Translations under genes and position numbers: made by a program | The notes under the pieces: generated by a model | What the model was told of the DNA's origin: nothing | Database searches by the model: none | Seen by the model: only the letters and a program-made list of their open reading frames with translations | Shown: one piece after another, positions 38,809-49,455 of the stretch | Numbering within the stretch: position 1 is the stretch's first letter | Layout: the number at the start of each line of letters is the position of its first letter | Assembly (NCBI GenBank): GCA_943787795.1 | Contig: CALSNU010000002.1 | Location: 128,001 to 192,000 of the forward strand | Length of the DNA stretch: 64,000 nucleotides | Direction of reading: 5' to 3' | DNA from: an uncultured bacterium | GTDB lineage: Bacteria; Planctomycetota; UBA1135; GCA-002686595

Positions 38809-41361
38809 ATGCAAGCTCAATACACCCACCGCTCCCAGGCTGCGCTCGCAGCCGCACAGGAGCTCGCCGTTCGCTCCGGGCACCCGGAGCTGACCCCCGC
38901 GCACCTGGCTTCGGCGCTCCTCGAGGAGCCCGAGGGGGTCACGTCCGCGGTCCTCGACAAGCTCGGGGTGGACCCCCGCGCCCTCCAAAGAGAGCTCGAA
39001 GAACAGCTCCAGCGGCTCCCCCGCATGAGCGGCGGCCAGGTCGCGGGGTCACGCGCCCTCGCGGAGGTGATCGCGGAGGCGAACGCCGCCGCGGGTCAGC
39101 GCGGCGATGAGTACGTCTCCACGGAGCACCTGCTGCTCGCGCTGGCGGCGAAGGGATCCCCCGAGGTCGCGGCCCTGTTCACCAGCCGCGACGCGGGACC
39201 CGATCGCATCGAGGCGGCCCTGGAGGACGTACGCGGGAACCGCAAGGTCACCTCCCCCGACCCCGAGGCGACCTTCGAGGCCCTGGAGAAGTACGCCCGC
39301 GACCTCACGGCCGACGCGAAGGCCCAGAAGCTGGACCCCGTCATTGGCCGGGACGGCGAGATCCGCCGCGTGATCCAGGTCCTCTCCCGGCGCCGCAAGA
39401 ACAACCCTGTGCTCATCGGCGAGCCCGGGGTTGGCAAGACGGCCATCGCCGAGGGGCTCGCCAACCGCATCGCGGTGGGCGACGTGCCCGACGGGCTCAA
39501 GGACAAGCGCGTCATGTCCCTCGACCTGGGCGCGCTCCTGGCGGGCGCGAAGTACCGCGGTGAGTTCGAGGAGCGCCTCAAGGCGGTCCTCGAGGAGATC
39601 AAGGAGGCAGAGGGCGAGATCGTCCTCTTCATCGACGAGCTCCACACCCTCGTGGGTGCAGGTGGCTCGGAGGGCGCTGTGGACGCCGCCAACATGCTCA
39701 AGCCCGCGCTCGCGCGAGGCGAGCTCAAGTGCGTGGGCGCGACGACCCTCGACGAGTACCGCAAGTACATCGAGAAGGACGCTGCCCTTGAGCGCCGCTT
39801 CATGCCAGTGACGGTCGACGAGCCCTCGGTCGACGACACCGTCGCGATCCTGCGCGGCCTCAAGGAGCGCTACGAGGTGCACCACGGCGTGCGGATCCTC
39901 GACAGCGCCCTGGTCGCGGCCTCACGTCTCGCGGACCGCCACATCACCGACCGCTTCATGCCCGACAAGGCCATCGACTGCGTCGACGAGGCCGCGGCGC
40001 AGCTGCGCACGGCCATCGACTCCCTGCCGCAAGAGCTCGACGAGATCGAGCGACGCCAGCGACAGCTTGAGATCGAGCGCACCGCCGCGTCAGGCGAGGA
40101 CACCGAGCGCAACGCCGCCCGCATCGGGCTCATCGGGGAGGAGCTCGCGGACCTCGAGGAGCGCGCCAGCGCCCTGCGGACCCGCTGGACCACCGAGAAG
40201 GACCTGATCCGCTCCATCCGAGCGGGTAAGGCCCTCCTGGAGGAGCTGCGGGCCGAAGCCGAGCGCGAGGAGCGCGCCGGCGACTTCGAGCGCGTGGGCC
40301 AGCTGCGCTTCGGCGAGATCCCCGAGACCGAGGCTGACATCGAGGCCTCCTCGGAGGAGCTCGACAGAGTCCAGGCCGAGGGCGCCATGCTCCCCGAGGC
40401 GGTGGATGACGAGATGATTGCCAGGGTCGTCGCCCGCTGGACAGGGATCCCTGCGGACAAGCTGCTCGAGACCGAGCGGCAGAAGCTGCTCCAGATGGAG
40501 GACGGCCTGCGCGCCCGCGTGGTCGGCCAGGACGACGCCCTCGCCTCGATCAGCCAGGCGGTCCGACGGGCCCGCGCCGGGCTCGTGGAAGAGACGCGTC
40601 CCCTGGGCGCCTTCCTGATGCTCGGGCCCACCGGCGTCGGCAAGACGGAGACGGCCAAGGCCGTCGCGGAGTTCCTCTTCGACGACGAGCGAAACATGAT
40701 CCGACTCGACATGAGCGAGTTCATGGAGAAGCACTCGGTGAGCCGCATGATCGGCGCGCCTCCCGGCTACGTCGGCCACGACGAGGGCGGCGTCCTCACC
40801 GAGGCCGTGCGGCGCAAGCCCCACAGCGTGATCCTGCTCGACGAGGTCGAGAAGGCCCACCCCGACGTGTTCAACGTGCTGCTGCAGGTCCTCGACGACG
40901 GCCGCCTCACGGACGGTCAGGGTCGCACCGTGGACTTCACGCAGACGCTGGTCCTCATGACGAGCAACCTGCGGGGGGAGGGCGCGGTGAAGGACTACTT
41001 CCGACCCGAGTTCATCAACCGCCTCGACGAGGTGCTGACCTTCAAGGCCCTTGAGAGGGACCAGATCCGCAGCATCGTGGATGTGCAGGTGCAGCGCCTC
41101 TCGCGCCAGCTCACGGACCGGGACATCGAGCTCGTCCTCACTGACGGCGCCCTCGAGGCCCTGGCCGAGGAGGGCTACGACCCCGAGTTCGGCGCCCGGC
41201 CGCTCAAGCGCGCCCTCCAGCGCAACGTGCAGAACCTGCTGGCCGAGGCGATCCTTCGGGACGACATCCGGCCGGGGCAGACGGTGACCGTGGACGTGCA
41301 TGAGGGCCTCTTCGGCATCTCGGCCAGGGAGACCCTGACGCCGACCCTGCTCGCCTCCTGA
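38809..41361 (+). CDS. clpB: ATP-dependent chaperone ClpB
   Basis: [22 protein letters not shown], coiled-coil middle domain, [15 protein letters not shown]; start at ATG 38809. Confidence 0.97.
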   Translation: MQAQYTHRSQAALAAAQELAVRSGHPELTPAHLASALLEEPEGVTSAVLDKLGVDPRALQRELEEQLQRLPRMSGGQVAGSRALAEVIAEANAAAGQRGDEYVSTEHLLLALAAKGSPEVAALFTSRDAGPDRIEAALEDVRGNRKVTSPDPEATFEALEKYARDLTADAKAQKLDPVIGRDGEIRRVIQVLSRRRKNNPVLIGEPGVGKTAIAEGLANRIAVGDVPDGLKDKRVMSLDLGALLAGAKYRGEFEERLKAVLEEIKEAEGEIVLFIDELHTLVGAGGSEGAVDAANMLKPALARGELKCVGATTLDEYRKYIEKDAALERRFMPVTVDEPSVDDTVAILRGLKERYEVHHGVRILDSALVAASRLADRHITDRFMPDKAIDCVDEAAAQLRTAIDSLPQELDEIERRQRQLEIERTAASGEDTERNAARIGLIGEELADLEERASALRTRWTTEKDLIRSIRAGKALLEELRAEAEREERAGDFERVGQLRFGEIPETEADIEASSEELDRVQAEGAMLPEAVDDEMIARVVARWTGIPADKLLETERQKLLQMEDGLRARVVGQDDALASISQAVRRARAGLVEETRPLGAFLMLGPTGVGKTETAKAVAEFLFDDERNMIRLDMSEFMEKHSVSRMIGAPPGYVGHDEGGVLTEAVRRKPHSVILLDEVEKAHPDVFNVLLQVLDDGRLTDGQGRTVDFTQTLVLMTSNLRGEGAVKDYFRPEFINRLDEVLTFKALERDQIRSIVDVQVQRLSRQLTDRDIELVLTDGALEALAEEGYDPEFGARPLKRALQRNVQNLLAEAILRDDIRPGQTVTVDVHEGLFGISARETLTPTLLAS

Positions 41362-41516
41362 CCGAGGTGAGCTCGCCCCTGGGAGGCGAGGGGAGTGGTG
41401 GCGGCGCGCCGATCGCAGGAGCGATCGGCGCGCCGCGCTCATGACGCCTTTGGTCTGCGGCCGGCGCGGTCCCATACTCGGGGTCCACCCAGACCTCCTC
41501 TCCACCACCCAGAACC

Positions 41517-41915
41517 ATGCTCCGCCTCCTGCCCGCCACCCTCCTGCTCCTCACCGCCTGCGCCGGCCCGGGCCCCGCCCAACACTCCAGCGCGGACCTC
41601 CAGCAGACCCAGGTCGTCCACGACGTGTTCTTCATCCTCGAGGATGGCTCCCCAGAGGCCTGCGAGGCACTGGCCCAGGCGTGCTTGGCGCTGAGCAGCA
41701 TCCCCGGGGTCCTCCATTTGACCGCGGGGATCCGCGACGAGAGCCAGCAGGGCCGCGCGAACCGGCAGGACTTCCACGTGGGCCTCCACGTGGAGTTCGA
41801 CAGCCCGGAGGCGTACGCGGCCTACGGACCCCATCCCACCCACCAGACCCTGATCGAGGCCTTCAAGGACAACTGGAAGGCCGTGGAGGTCTTCGACTAC
41901 TTCCCCAGTCGCTGA
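41517..41915 (+). CDS. Dabb family lipoprotein
   Basis: Lipobox LLTAC; VHDVFF, IPGV, HVEF, YGPHPTH, VFDY. Confidence 0.88.
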   Translation: MLRLLPATLLLLTACAGPGPAQHSSADLQQTQVVHDVFFILEDGSPEACEALAQACLALSSIPGVLHLTAGIRDESQQGRANRQDFHVGLHVEFDSPEAYAAYGPHPTHQTLIEAFKDNWKAVEVFDYFPSR

Positions 41916-42069
41916 GCGGTCGCGCCCCGCCGGACCCCTTGCGCGGATGGGACCCCATCCGTGGCCCCACCACCGGCCTCGATCGAGGCTGCCCCAGGGT
42001 GGGGCGAGGTCTCGGTGCCCTGGTGGCCCCCGGTGCCCCCCCGCCGGGTACCCTTCCGCAGCCTCCCAC

Positions 42070-43311
42070 ATGCTCTACCTGCTCAAGTCCATCGCGCAGC
42101 ACAGCGCGCTGCTCAAGGATCTCATCGCCCGGGATCTGAAGGCGCGCTACGTGGGCTCGAGCATGGGGTTCTTCTGGTCGATCCTGTTCCCGGTGATCAA
42201 CCTCCTGGTCTTCACGTTCGTCTTCCGCGTGATCCTCAACACGCGCTGGGGCGACGAGCAAGGGGCGCTCGAGGTCTCCCTGGTGATGCTCGCCGGCATC
42301 ATCGTCTGGACCGCCTTCGCGGAGTCGTTGAGCCGGATCACCAACTGCCTGGTGGATAACTCGAACCTCATCCAGAAGGTCGTGTTCCCGTCCCAGATCC
42401 TGCCGACCTACATCACCACTTCGGCGGTGATCAACATGTGCATCGGGCTGCCCATCGTGCTCGGCGCGGTGGTCTGGTTCGGCTTCCTCTCCCCGCCCCA
42501 GGCGGCCATCGAACGCGAGCATGCCTTCGCCGAGATCTGGGAGGGCTACGACCCGGGCGCTGAGGGCGCGACGCCGCCCCCGCGGGTCTTCGTCTCCACC
42601 GAACGGTCCTGGCACAGCTCCACCCGCTACCGCCTCGAGTTCTCAGGCACCGCGACGCGGGGCGTCGACTACGCCGCCCCCACCGACATCGTCGAGCTCC
42701 CCGCGGACCGCTCGCGGATCTACGTCCCGATCATCCCGCTGCGTGACGCGGAGGCCGAGGGGGACGAGACGATCGAGGTGCGGCTCATCGCCGAGTCAAC
42801 GGTGGAGCTCTGGCAGCGCCAGGTGGTCCTGGTCCTCAAGGACAACGCGCTCCCTCCGACCGAGGTGCGAGACCTCGGCCTGTCCACGGCCCCCTACACG
42901 AGCGATTCCCTCGGACGGAGCCGCGCGCTCTCGCTGGGCGTCTCCCTGCTCGCGCTCCCTGGCCTGCTCCTGCTCTTGATCGGCTTCACCACCGGCCTCG
43001 GCGCAGGCCTCGCGACGCTCAACCTCTACTGGCGGGACACCTTCCACCTCGTCGGCGTGGGCACCACGGTCTGGATGTTCGCCACGCCGATCTTCTACCC
43101 CGGCCCGCTGGTGGAGCGGACGCCCTTCTGGTGGCTGCTGGACATCAACCCCATGCACTGGTTCATCGCCATGTTCCGGCAGGTGACCCTGTACGGCGAG
43201 TGGCCCGCCACGGGCGACCTCGTCAAGTTCACCGCAGCCACGGTGATGATCATGTGGCTGGGCTTGGGTCTCTTCAGGCGCCACCAGAGCCGCTTCCCCG
43301 ACCTCCTCTGA
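42070..43311 (+). CDS. ABC-2 (Wzm-type) permease with inserted Calx-beta-like domain
   Basis: RDLKARYVGS.MGFFW, NLIQKVVFP, RDTFHL, FATPIFYP, INPM; insert FSGTATRGVDY...DAEAEGDETIEVRL. Confidence 0.88.
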   Translation: MLYLLKSIAQHSALLKDLIARDLKARYVGSSMGFFWSILFPVINLLVFTFVFRVILNTRWGDEQGALEVSLVMLAGIIVWTAFAESLSRITNCLVDNSNLIQKVVFPSQILPTYITTSAVINMCIGLPIVLGAVVWFGFLSPPQAAIEREHAFAEIWEGYDPGAEGATPPPRVFVSTERSWHSSTRYRLEFSGTATRGVDYAAPTDIVELPADRSRIYVPIIPLRDAEAEGDETIEVRLIAESTVELWQRQVVLVLKDNALPPTEVRDLGLSTAPYTSDSLGRSRALSLGVSLLALPGLLLLLIGFTTGLGAGLATLNLYWRDTFHLVGVGTTVWMFATPIFYPGPLVERTPFWWLLDINPMHWFIAMFRQVTLYGEWPATGDLVKFTAATVMIMWLGLGLFRRHQSRFPDLL

Positions 43312-43318
43312 GGCACCG

Positions 43319-44008
43319 ATGGCTGACCCGACTCCGAGCGTGCTGATCGTCGACGACTTCCTCGACGAGGAGGCATGGACCGAGGTCTGGACCCACTTCC
43401 AGTTCGCCGACCTCTCGCCGGTCTCGCGCACTGCCGGTGCTTGGAAGCTCGGGGACGGCGTGCCGCTGGGCGGCGACGAGATCGTGACCCCCGCGCGCGA
43501 CGCCGAGATCGACGGCGACCAGCCGAAGGAGGGCGTCTACCCGAGCGGCACCGCCCTGGACCGGGTCGTGGAGGCACTCCTCGGCGAGGCGGCGGGCTTC
43601 ACCCCCCTCGTGGGCGAGGACTGGGCCCACGTCACTGCGCGGCCCTACGTCTACCCAGCCGGCGCCGGGCTCTCCTGGCACGGCGACGACAGCGCGGTCT
43701 ACTCGGGCGCCTACATCTACTACGCCCACCCCCACTGGAACGCCCACTGGGGCGGTGAGCTCCTGGTGGCCGACGCCGACGTCTCGGCCGACCTCCCGAT
43801 CATGGGGCACCGCTTCGACGACGAGGGTTACTCCGCCGCCCTGATGGAGCATGGCGAGGGACGGTTCGTCCTCCCGCGGCCCAATCGACTCGTGATCCTC
43901 GGCGGCGCACCCCACATGGTCACGCCCGTCCGACCGGCCGCGGGATCCAACGTCCGCGCGTCCGTCAGCGGCTTCTTCCTGCGCGAGCCGCTCCCCGAGG
44001 GCCGATGA
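43319..44008 (+). CDS. 2OG-Fe(II) oxygenase (prolyl-hydroxylase-like)
   Basis: LSWHGD, WNAHWGGEL, PRPNRLV, PHMV, RASVSGFF. Confidence 0.88.
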   Translation: MADPTPSVLIVDDFLDEEAWTEVWTHFQFADLSPVSRTAGAWKLGDGVPLGGDEIVTPARDAEIDGDQPKEGVYPSGTALDRVVEALLGEAAGFTPLVGEDWAHVTARPYVYPAGAGLSWHGDDSAVYSGAYIYYAHPHWNAHWGGELLVADADVSADLPIMGHRFDDEGYSAALMEHGEGRFVLPRPNRLVILGGAPHMVTPVRPAAGSNVRASVSGFFLREPLPEGR

Positions 44009-44775
44009 CCGCCGAGTCCGTCCACGCGGCGCTGCTGCTGTCCTACGACGGCCGCTTCTTCAACGGTTGGCAGCGTCACCCGGGCAAGCGCACGGTCCAG
44101 GGCGCCGTCGAGGACGCGGTCGCCTCCGCGTTCGGCGCGCCCGCGCTGATCGAAGGCGCCGGTCGGACCGACCGCGGGGCCCACGCGCTCGGGCAGGTCG
44201 CCACGGTGGAGCTCCCGGGCGCCGCCAGCGAGGACGAGATCGTCACCCGCCTCAACGAGGCGATGGAGGGCGACGTGATCGTCGAGGAGGCCCGCCATGT
44301 CCCCCCTGGATTCCACGCCCGCAAGGACTCCGTGAGCAAGGTCTACCGCTTCGCCCTCTGGAACGAGGAGGAGCTCCCGCTCGAGCTGGAGCGACGGGTA
44401 TGGCACGTGCACGGCAAGCTGGACGTGGACGCCATGGCCTTCGCCCTCGGGGCTCTGGAGGGAGAGCACGACTTCTCCTCCTTCGCCTCCAGCGGCGGCT
44501 TCGACCGCAAGAACAGCGTGCGGCACCTGCGCACCTGCACCCTCGGCGCCGAGGGGCCCCTCGTGGAGATGTCCTTCGAGGCAGACGGCTTCCTCTACAA
44601 GATGGTCCGTAACATGGTCCGCGCCGTGGTCCGCGTGGGCGAGGGCAAGCGGCGAGCCGAGGACATGCTCGATGTGCTCGCGGCCCGGGATCGCAAGGCA
44701 GCCCCTGGGTCCGCGCCGGCCTCCGGGCTCTACCTGGACCAGGTCCACTACGAGCAGCCCCTCTTCAACCGATGA
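44005..44775 (+). CDS. truA: tRNA pseudouridine(38-40) synthase
   Basis: YDG.FFNGWQ, AGRTDRGAHA, FHAR, GEHDFSSF, FLYKMVRNMV, APASGLYL. Confidence 0.95.
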   Translation: MTAESVHAALLLSYDGRFFNGWQRHPGKRTVQGAVEDAVASAFGAPALIEGAGRTDRGAHALGQVATVELPGAASEDEIVTRLNEAMEGDVIVEEARHVPPGFHARKDSVSKVYRFALWNEEELPLELERRVWHVHGKLDVDAMAFALGALEGEHDFSSFASSGGFDRKNSVRHLRTCTLGAEGPLVEMSFEADGFLYKMVRNMVRAVVRVGEGKRRAEDMLDVLAARDRKAAPGSAPASGLYLDQVHYEQPLFNR

Positions 44776-45398
44776 GCGCCGCGCCGGAGCGATTCACGAC
44801 CCTGGCCGCGGCCTCGCGCTACGAGCCAGAGAAGATCAAGGGATCGCGCTTCATCGCCTGCGTCGCCCCGGCCGCCACGTCCGAGGAAGCGTCCGGCTTC
44901 GTGGAGTCCGTGCGAGCAGACTTCTCGGACGCCCGACACGTGTGCTTCGCCTGGCGCCTCGGCGCCGCCGGCGACGTCACGCGCTCGAACGACGACGGCG
45001 AGCCCAGCGGATCCGCCGGCCGCCCGATCCTGATGCAGATCGAGGGGCACGAGGTGTCGAACGCCGTCGCCGCGGTGGTCCGGTACTTCGGCGGCGTCAA
45101 GCTCGGCGTCGGAGGCCTGATGCGCGCCTACGGCGGCGCTGCGGGACAGGCCTTGGACCGCGCGGAGCTCCTCGAGGTCGAGGTCCAGGTGCGCCTGCGC
45201 TGTGTCCACTCCTACGGCGACTCCGGCGCCGTCCAGGGCGTCCTGGCCGCCTGGGACCTGACCGCCCAGGATGAGGAGTACGGGGAGGCCGTCTGCTTCT
45301 CGATCGATGTCGGGCTGCGCGCCGTGGAGGCCGTCGAGACCGCCCTGAGAGACGCCACCGCCGCTCGCGCGACCACCGAACGCCTCGAGGGAGCCTGA
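44772..45398 (+). CDS. YigZ/IMPACT family protein
   Basis: IKGSRF, ARHVCFAW, DDGEPSGSAG, VRYFGGVKLGVGGL.RAY. Confidence 0.95.
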   Translation: MSAAPERFTTLAAASRYEPEKIKGSRFIACVAPAATSEEASGFVESVRADFSDARHVCFAWRLGAAGDVTRSNDDGEPSGSAGRPILMQIEGHEVSNAVAAVVRYFGGVKLGVGGLMRAYGGAAGQALDRAELLEVEVQVRLRCVHSYGDSGAVQGVLAAWDLTAQDEEYGEAVCFSIDVGLRAVEAVETALRDATAARATTERLEGA

Positions 45399-45403
45399 GC
45401 GCC

Positions 45404-45874
45404 ATGGCCCATGACCCATCCAAGAAGAGCGCGGCGCTGGTGAGCGCCTGCCTGCTGGGGCGAGAGTGCACCTACAAGGCCTCCCACAACGGAGACGGCG
45501 AGCTGTCCCGAAGTCTCGCCGCCGCGGGGATCGAGGCGGTGCCCTTCTGCCCCGAGGAGCACGGGGGCCTCGGCACGCCGCGACCGCCAGCCGATCTCAC
45601 CGCCCCCTCCGAGGATGTCCTGGACGGCAACGGGCAAGTCCTCACGAACACGGGCGAGGACGTGACCCTCGCCTTCGCCCGGGGCGCCGCGGGCGCCCTC
45701 GAGGTCTGCCAACGGCTCGGACTCACGCGCGCCTTCCTCAAGGAGCGGTCCCCCTCCTGCGGCTGCGCCACCACCCACGTGGACGGCGAGGTCGTCGAGG
45801 GCCCCGGGCTGACGGCGGCGCTCCTGCGCAGGCACGGCATCGAGTGCACTGGCGTAGAAGGTCGCAGGAACTGA
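45404..45874 (+). CDS. DUF523 / TudS-like thiouracil desulfidase (4Fe-4S)
   Basis: VSACLLG, CPEEHGGLGTPRP, LKERSPSCG. Confidence 0.92.
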   Translation: MAHDPSKKSAALVSACLLGRECTYKASHNGDGELSRSLAAAGIEAVPFCPEEHGGLGTPRPPADLTAPSEDVLDGNGQVLTNTGEDVTLAFARGAAGALEVCQRLGLTRAFLKERSPSCGCATTHVDGEVVEGPGLTAALLRRHGIECTGVEGRRN

Positions 45875-45981
45875 AGGGGGCTGGCCACAGCGCGGCGCGG
45901 CGCGGGGGAGATTCGGTCGAGGTCCTGTAAGGGCTGGCCTCCGGGCAGCGGTACCGGCCCCGACCCGGTACCTTCGGCCCC

Positions 45982-47466
45982 ATGGCCATCCACCGTCTGA
46001 CGACCTACTCGCTCGCCCTCTCCGTCCTGCCCCTCTTCGCCGCCTGCTCGGAACGCAGCAGCGGGAGCCTGCCGTCCATCGAGGGCGGCCCAGGCACCGA
46101 GGAGTCCGCCGCCCCCGCTGGCGCGACCCCGAAGCCGAAGATGCCCAAGCGGGGTGAGACCCCCGCCATGACGGCGGCCAAGGTCCCCGGCTCATCCTCC
46201 ACCGCCGCAGCAGCGTCCGCCGCAGCAGCGTCCGCCGCAGCAGCACCCGCCCCGGGGACGCCTGCCCCCAGCGCGGCCGCGCCGCCCAAGTTCGTGCCTC
46301 CGGCCGAGCTGAGTCGCTTCGCGGATCCGAACCAGATCGCCGACGAGGACCTCGGCAAGTACCACGTCAAGTTCCGCTGCTCCGTGAACGGCGAGGACGT
46401 GGGCACCATGACCTTCGCGATGTGGACGGACCTCGCCCCCATCACGACGCGGAACTTCCTCAGGCTGTGCGACGAGGGGTTCTACGACGGCCTCACCTAC
46501 CACCGCATCATGCGCGACTTCATGGTGCAGGGCGGCGACCCGACCGGGACGGGCGGAGGCAACGGACCCTACGGCACGATCCAAGGGGAGATGTCCGACG
46601 ACACAGAACGCGCCCACGGCTACGGCGTGCTGTCGATGGCCCGCATGGGCAATGACCTGAACTCGGCCTCGAGCCAGTTCTTCCTCTGCTGCGACGAGTC
46701 CCCGTCGGTCTGGGGCCTCGACGGCAAGTACGCGTCCTTCGGCCGGCTCACCTCGGGCGTCGAGACCCTCGAGAAGATCGCCAACGTCCCCACGCGCGCC
46801 GTCCGGTCCCGGGAAGCCTCGACGCCGCTCCAGACCGTCACGATCGAGGACGCCGAGGTGGTCGAGGGGCCCGCGCCCACGGGCGAGACCATCGCTCGCC
46901 CGGATGAGGGCCCCGACCTCGGCGGCGAGGCGCGCAAGATCGTCGTCCAGCACGTCCTGATCTCCTTCGACGGTTGCAACATCCCGGGCGTCACCCGCAC
47001 CAAAGAGGAGGCAGAGGCGCTCGCGAAGGAGATCGTCGCGAAGGTCGAGGCGGGCGAGGACATGGACCAGCTCGCGCGCGAGTACTCCGACGACCCCGTC
47101 GCCGACGCGGATCAGACCCCTGGCTGCTACACGCTCCTCAACACCGGCGTGCGGGATCGAGCGGGAGACCGCCTCGCGCTCAACCTCCAGAAGGAGCTTC
47201 AGGCCGAGTTCATGGAGAAGAGCACGGACTTCCAGGCGCAGCTCGCGGCGAAGACCCTGACCCAGGAGGAGTTCAACGCCGCCCTCGAGTCGCTGCAGGA
47301 GAGCCTGCAGATGAGGATGATGGACGCCGTCGCGAATCCTCGGGAGAAGATGGTGCCTGCGTTCGGCGACGTCGGGTTCAGCCTCGCGCCCGGCGCCGTA
47401 GGGCTCGCCATGTATGACACGAGCACGTCACCCTTTGGCTATCACGTGATCCGTCGCCTGGAGTGA
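45982..47466 (+). CDS. Lipoprotein PPIase, cyclophilin-parvulin fusion
   Basis: Lipobox LFAAC; APITTRNF, YHRIMRDFMVQGGDP, SMAR, SQFF; QHVLISF, REYSDD, MVPAF, SPFGYHVI. Confidence 0.92.
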   Translation: MAIHRLTTYSLALSVLPLFAACSERSSGSLPSIEGGPGTEESAAPAGATPKPKMPKRGETPAMTAAKVPGSSSTAAAASAAAASAAAAPAPGTPAPSAAAPPKFVPPAELSRFADPNQIADEDLGKYHVKFRCSVNGEDVGTMTFAMWTDLAPITTRNFLRLCDEGFYDGLTYHRIMRDFMVQGGDPTGTGGGNGPYGTIQGEMSDDTERAHGYGVLSMARMGNDLNSASSQFFLCCDESPSVWGLDGKYASFGRLTSGVETLEKIANVPTRAVRSREASTPLQTVTIEDAEVVEGPAPTGETIARPDEGPDLGGEARKIVVQHVLISFDGCNIPGVTRTKEEAEALAKEIVAKVEAGEDMDQLAREYSDDPVADADQTPGCYTLLNTGVRDRAGDRLALNLQKELQAEFMEKSTDFQAQLAAKTLTQEEFNAALESLQESLQMRMMDAVANPREKMVPAFGDVGFSLAPGAVGLAMYDTSTSPFGYHVIRRLE

Positions 47467-47485
47467 CGGGGCGCCGCCGCCCCGC

Positions 47486-49009
47486 TCAGCGGACGGCCCG
47501 CGGGGCCTCTTCGTTCCACCCGCCCTCGAGGCGCGCGAGCTCGGCGAGGGAGAGGTTGGACGCGCTCCCGTCCCTGGCCTGGCGGAACCGCTCGAAGGCG
47601 CCGTCCACCGCGGCGTCTTGCTCGTCCACAGCCAGGAAGGTCGCGCGGGTGGAGTCGAGGATGGAGTCTCCCTTCAAGGCGTCGAGGACATCCTGCATGT
47701 GAATCATCGAGGGGTCGGCCGCCAGCACGTAGCAGAGCTCGCCGTCGCCCGACTCGAGCTGGGCGAGCACGTGCGCATGCTCGAGGCTGCGGGCGACGTC
47801 CCCCACCACGCGCTCGGGACAGGCGAGCTCCTCGGCGAGCCCGGGGACCGTCCGGGGCGGCCGCGCCCCGATGAACGCGCGGGTCACGCGCACGGCGAGG
47901 CGCAGGGCGACCACCTCCTTGAGCGCCAGGTCGTAGTCACGGCTGAGGACCAGTTGGCCGTGCCGCTCCTCGTTCTGATGGGCGGAGGCGGCCTCCGCGC
48001 CGAGCAGGACGGCCATCCACGAGGACTGGACCCACACGAGGAAGATCGGGAGCGCGGCGAAGGTCGAGTAGATGGCGTTGTAGTTGGCGACGCCCATCTG
48101 GAGCTTGAGGAGCGCGACCTGGAAGAGCTGCCAGATCGTCCCGCCGACCACGCCCCCGAGCAGGGCGGAGGAGAGGCGCACCTGGGTGTTCGGCATGAAC
48201 ACGTAGGCGACCGTGAAGGCGGCCCACACGATGGCCTGGGAGCCGAAGAGCGCCAGCCCCGGACTCGTGGACCAGGGCCCGTCGATGATCTCGGTCCGCA
48301 CGACGCTGAGCGCGCCGGTCCCAGCCACCAGCAGCAGCGGGACGAGCACCACGGTCGAGAAGTAGTCCGCGAGCTTCCTGGGTAGCGAGCGGGCGCGCTG
48401 GACGCCCCAGATGTCATTGAAGGCCTGCTCGATGGAGCTCAACAACCGGATCACGGTCCAGAGCACGACCAGGAAGCCGACGATGCCGAGCTTGGAGACG
48501 TTCGTGCTCTGGACGAAGCCGAGCACCGTGTCGATGGCTTCCCTCACCTGGGACACCGGGGCCCCGTCAGCCGCGGCTCCCGCCTCCCCGAAGGTCGAGT
48601 CGAGGAAGGGCTTGATGGTCTGCTCGAGCAGCGTCTCGTAGGCGCCCATGCCCTTGGCCACGGAGAACGCCAGGGCGAGCAGGGGCACGAGGGAGAGAAC
48701 CGAGATGTAGGTCAGCGCCGAGGCTCTCCAGGTGCAGCGATCCTTGACGAAGTTGACGCAGGTGAGCTGGAGGACCCGCGCCACCGCGTACAGACCGCGC
48801 CGCATGGTCGGGAGGGTCGTGATCTCCATCGCCCACAGGTCCCTCGCGAAGAACCTCTGCACGGCCGCAGCCCGTGAGACGTCTTCCGACCCGCCGTGGC
48901 GCACTCCCCGCGGCCTGCTCGAGGGCGGCGCCTTGGGGGTTGGGCCAGGGCTCCCAGCCGACTCGGCGGGGCGCACAGGGGGCTCGGGTTGGTCAGTGGG
49001 ATCAGACAA
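47486..49009 (-). CDS. YihY/BrkB family membrane protein with C-terminal winged helix
   Basis: RASALTYISVLSLVP, IEQAFNDIW, MPNT.V, YNAIYSTFAALPIFL.W, LLGAE; start uncertain. Confidence 0.9.
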   Translation of the reverse strand: MSDPTDQPEPPVRPAESAGSPGPTPKAPPSSRPRGVRHGGSEDVSRAAAVQRFFARDLWAMEITTLPTMRRGLYAVARVLQLTCVNFVKDRCTWRASALTYISVLSLVPLLALAFSVAKGMGAYETLLEQTIKPFLDSTFGEAGAAADGAPVSQVREAIDTVLGFVQSTNVSKLGIVGFLVVLWTVIRLLSSIEQAFNDIWGVQRARSLPRKLADYFSTVVLVPLLLVAGTGALSVVRTEIIDGPWSTSPGLALFGSQAIVWAAFTVAYVFMPNTQVRLSSALLGGVVGGTIWQLFQVALLKLQMGVANYNAIYSTFAALPIFLVWVQSSWMAVLLGAEAASAHQNEERHGQLVLSRDYDLALKEVVALRLAVRVTRAFIGARPPRTVPGLAEELACPERVVGDVARSLEHAHVLAQLESGDGELCYVLAADPSMIHMQDVLDALKGDSILDSTRATFLAVDEQDAAVDGAFERFRQARDGSASNLSLAELARLEGGWNEEAPRAVR

Positions 49010-49455
49010 GGCGGGAGGGGTGGGCGGTCGGAGGGTCGACGGTTGATTCGGCCAAAGCCGGCGCGGGCCTGAGCCTCCCCCATGGAATCCGCAGGTGACC
49101 GGAGTATGGGGCAGATTCCAGCGGGTCGCCGCTCGATCCGGCGGTGACACCTACAGCAGGCGCCAGTCCCGCGTCGCATAGGCCCTCCACCACTGCCCGC
49201 GGGCGACATCCACTCAGCTCCACCGCGGCAGGGACCACCGCGGCAGCTCCGGGGCGCCGCCGCCGCAAGGGGATCAACACCCCGGTCTCCGGGAGCGCGA
49301 CGCGGGCTCGCCCGGGCGGAGTCTCCGCTGCTGGAGTCCGCTTCGCCGAAGTCGCGATCGCCCTCGTCGCGGTCGCTGACGTGACCGTCGATCGAGGTCC
49401 GCCCACCCCGAGACCGCGTTGCCCGGCAGCCCCGGCCCGATCAGGACGTGAGCAG

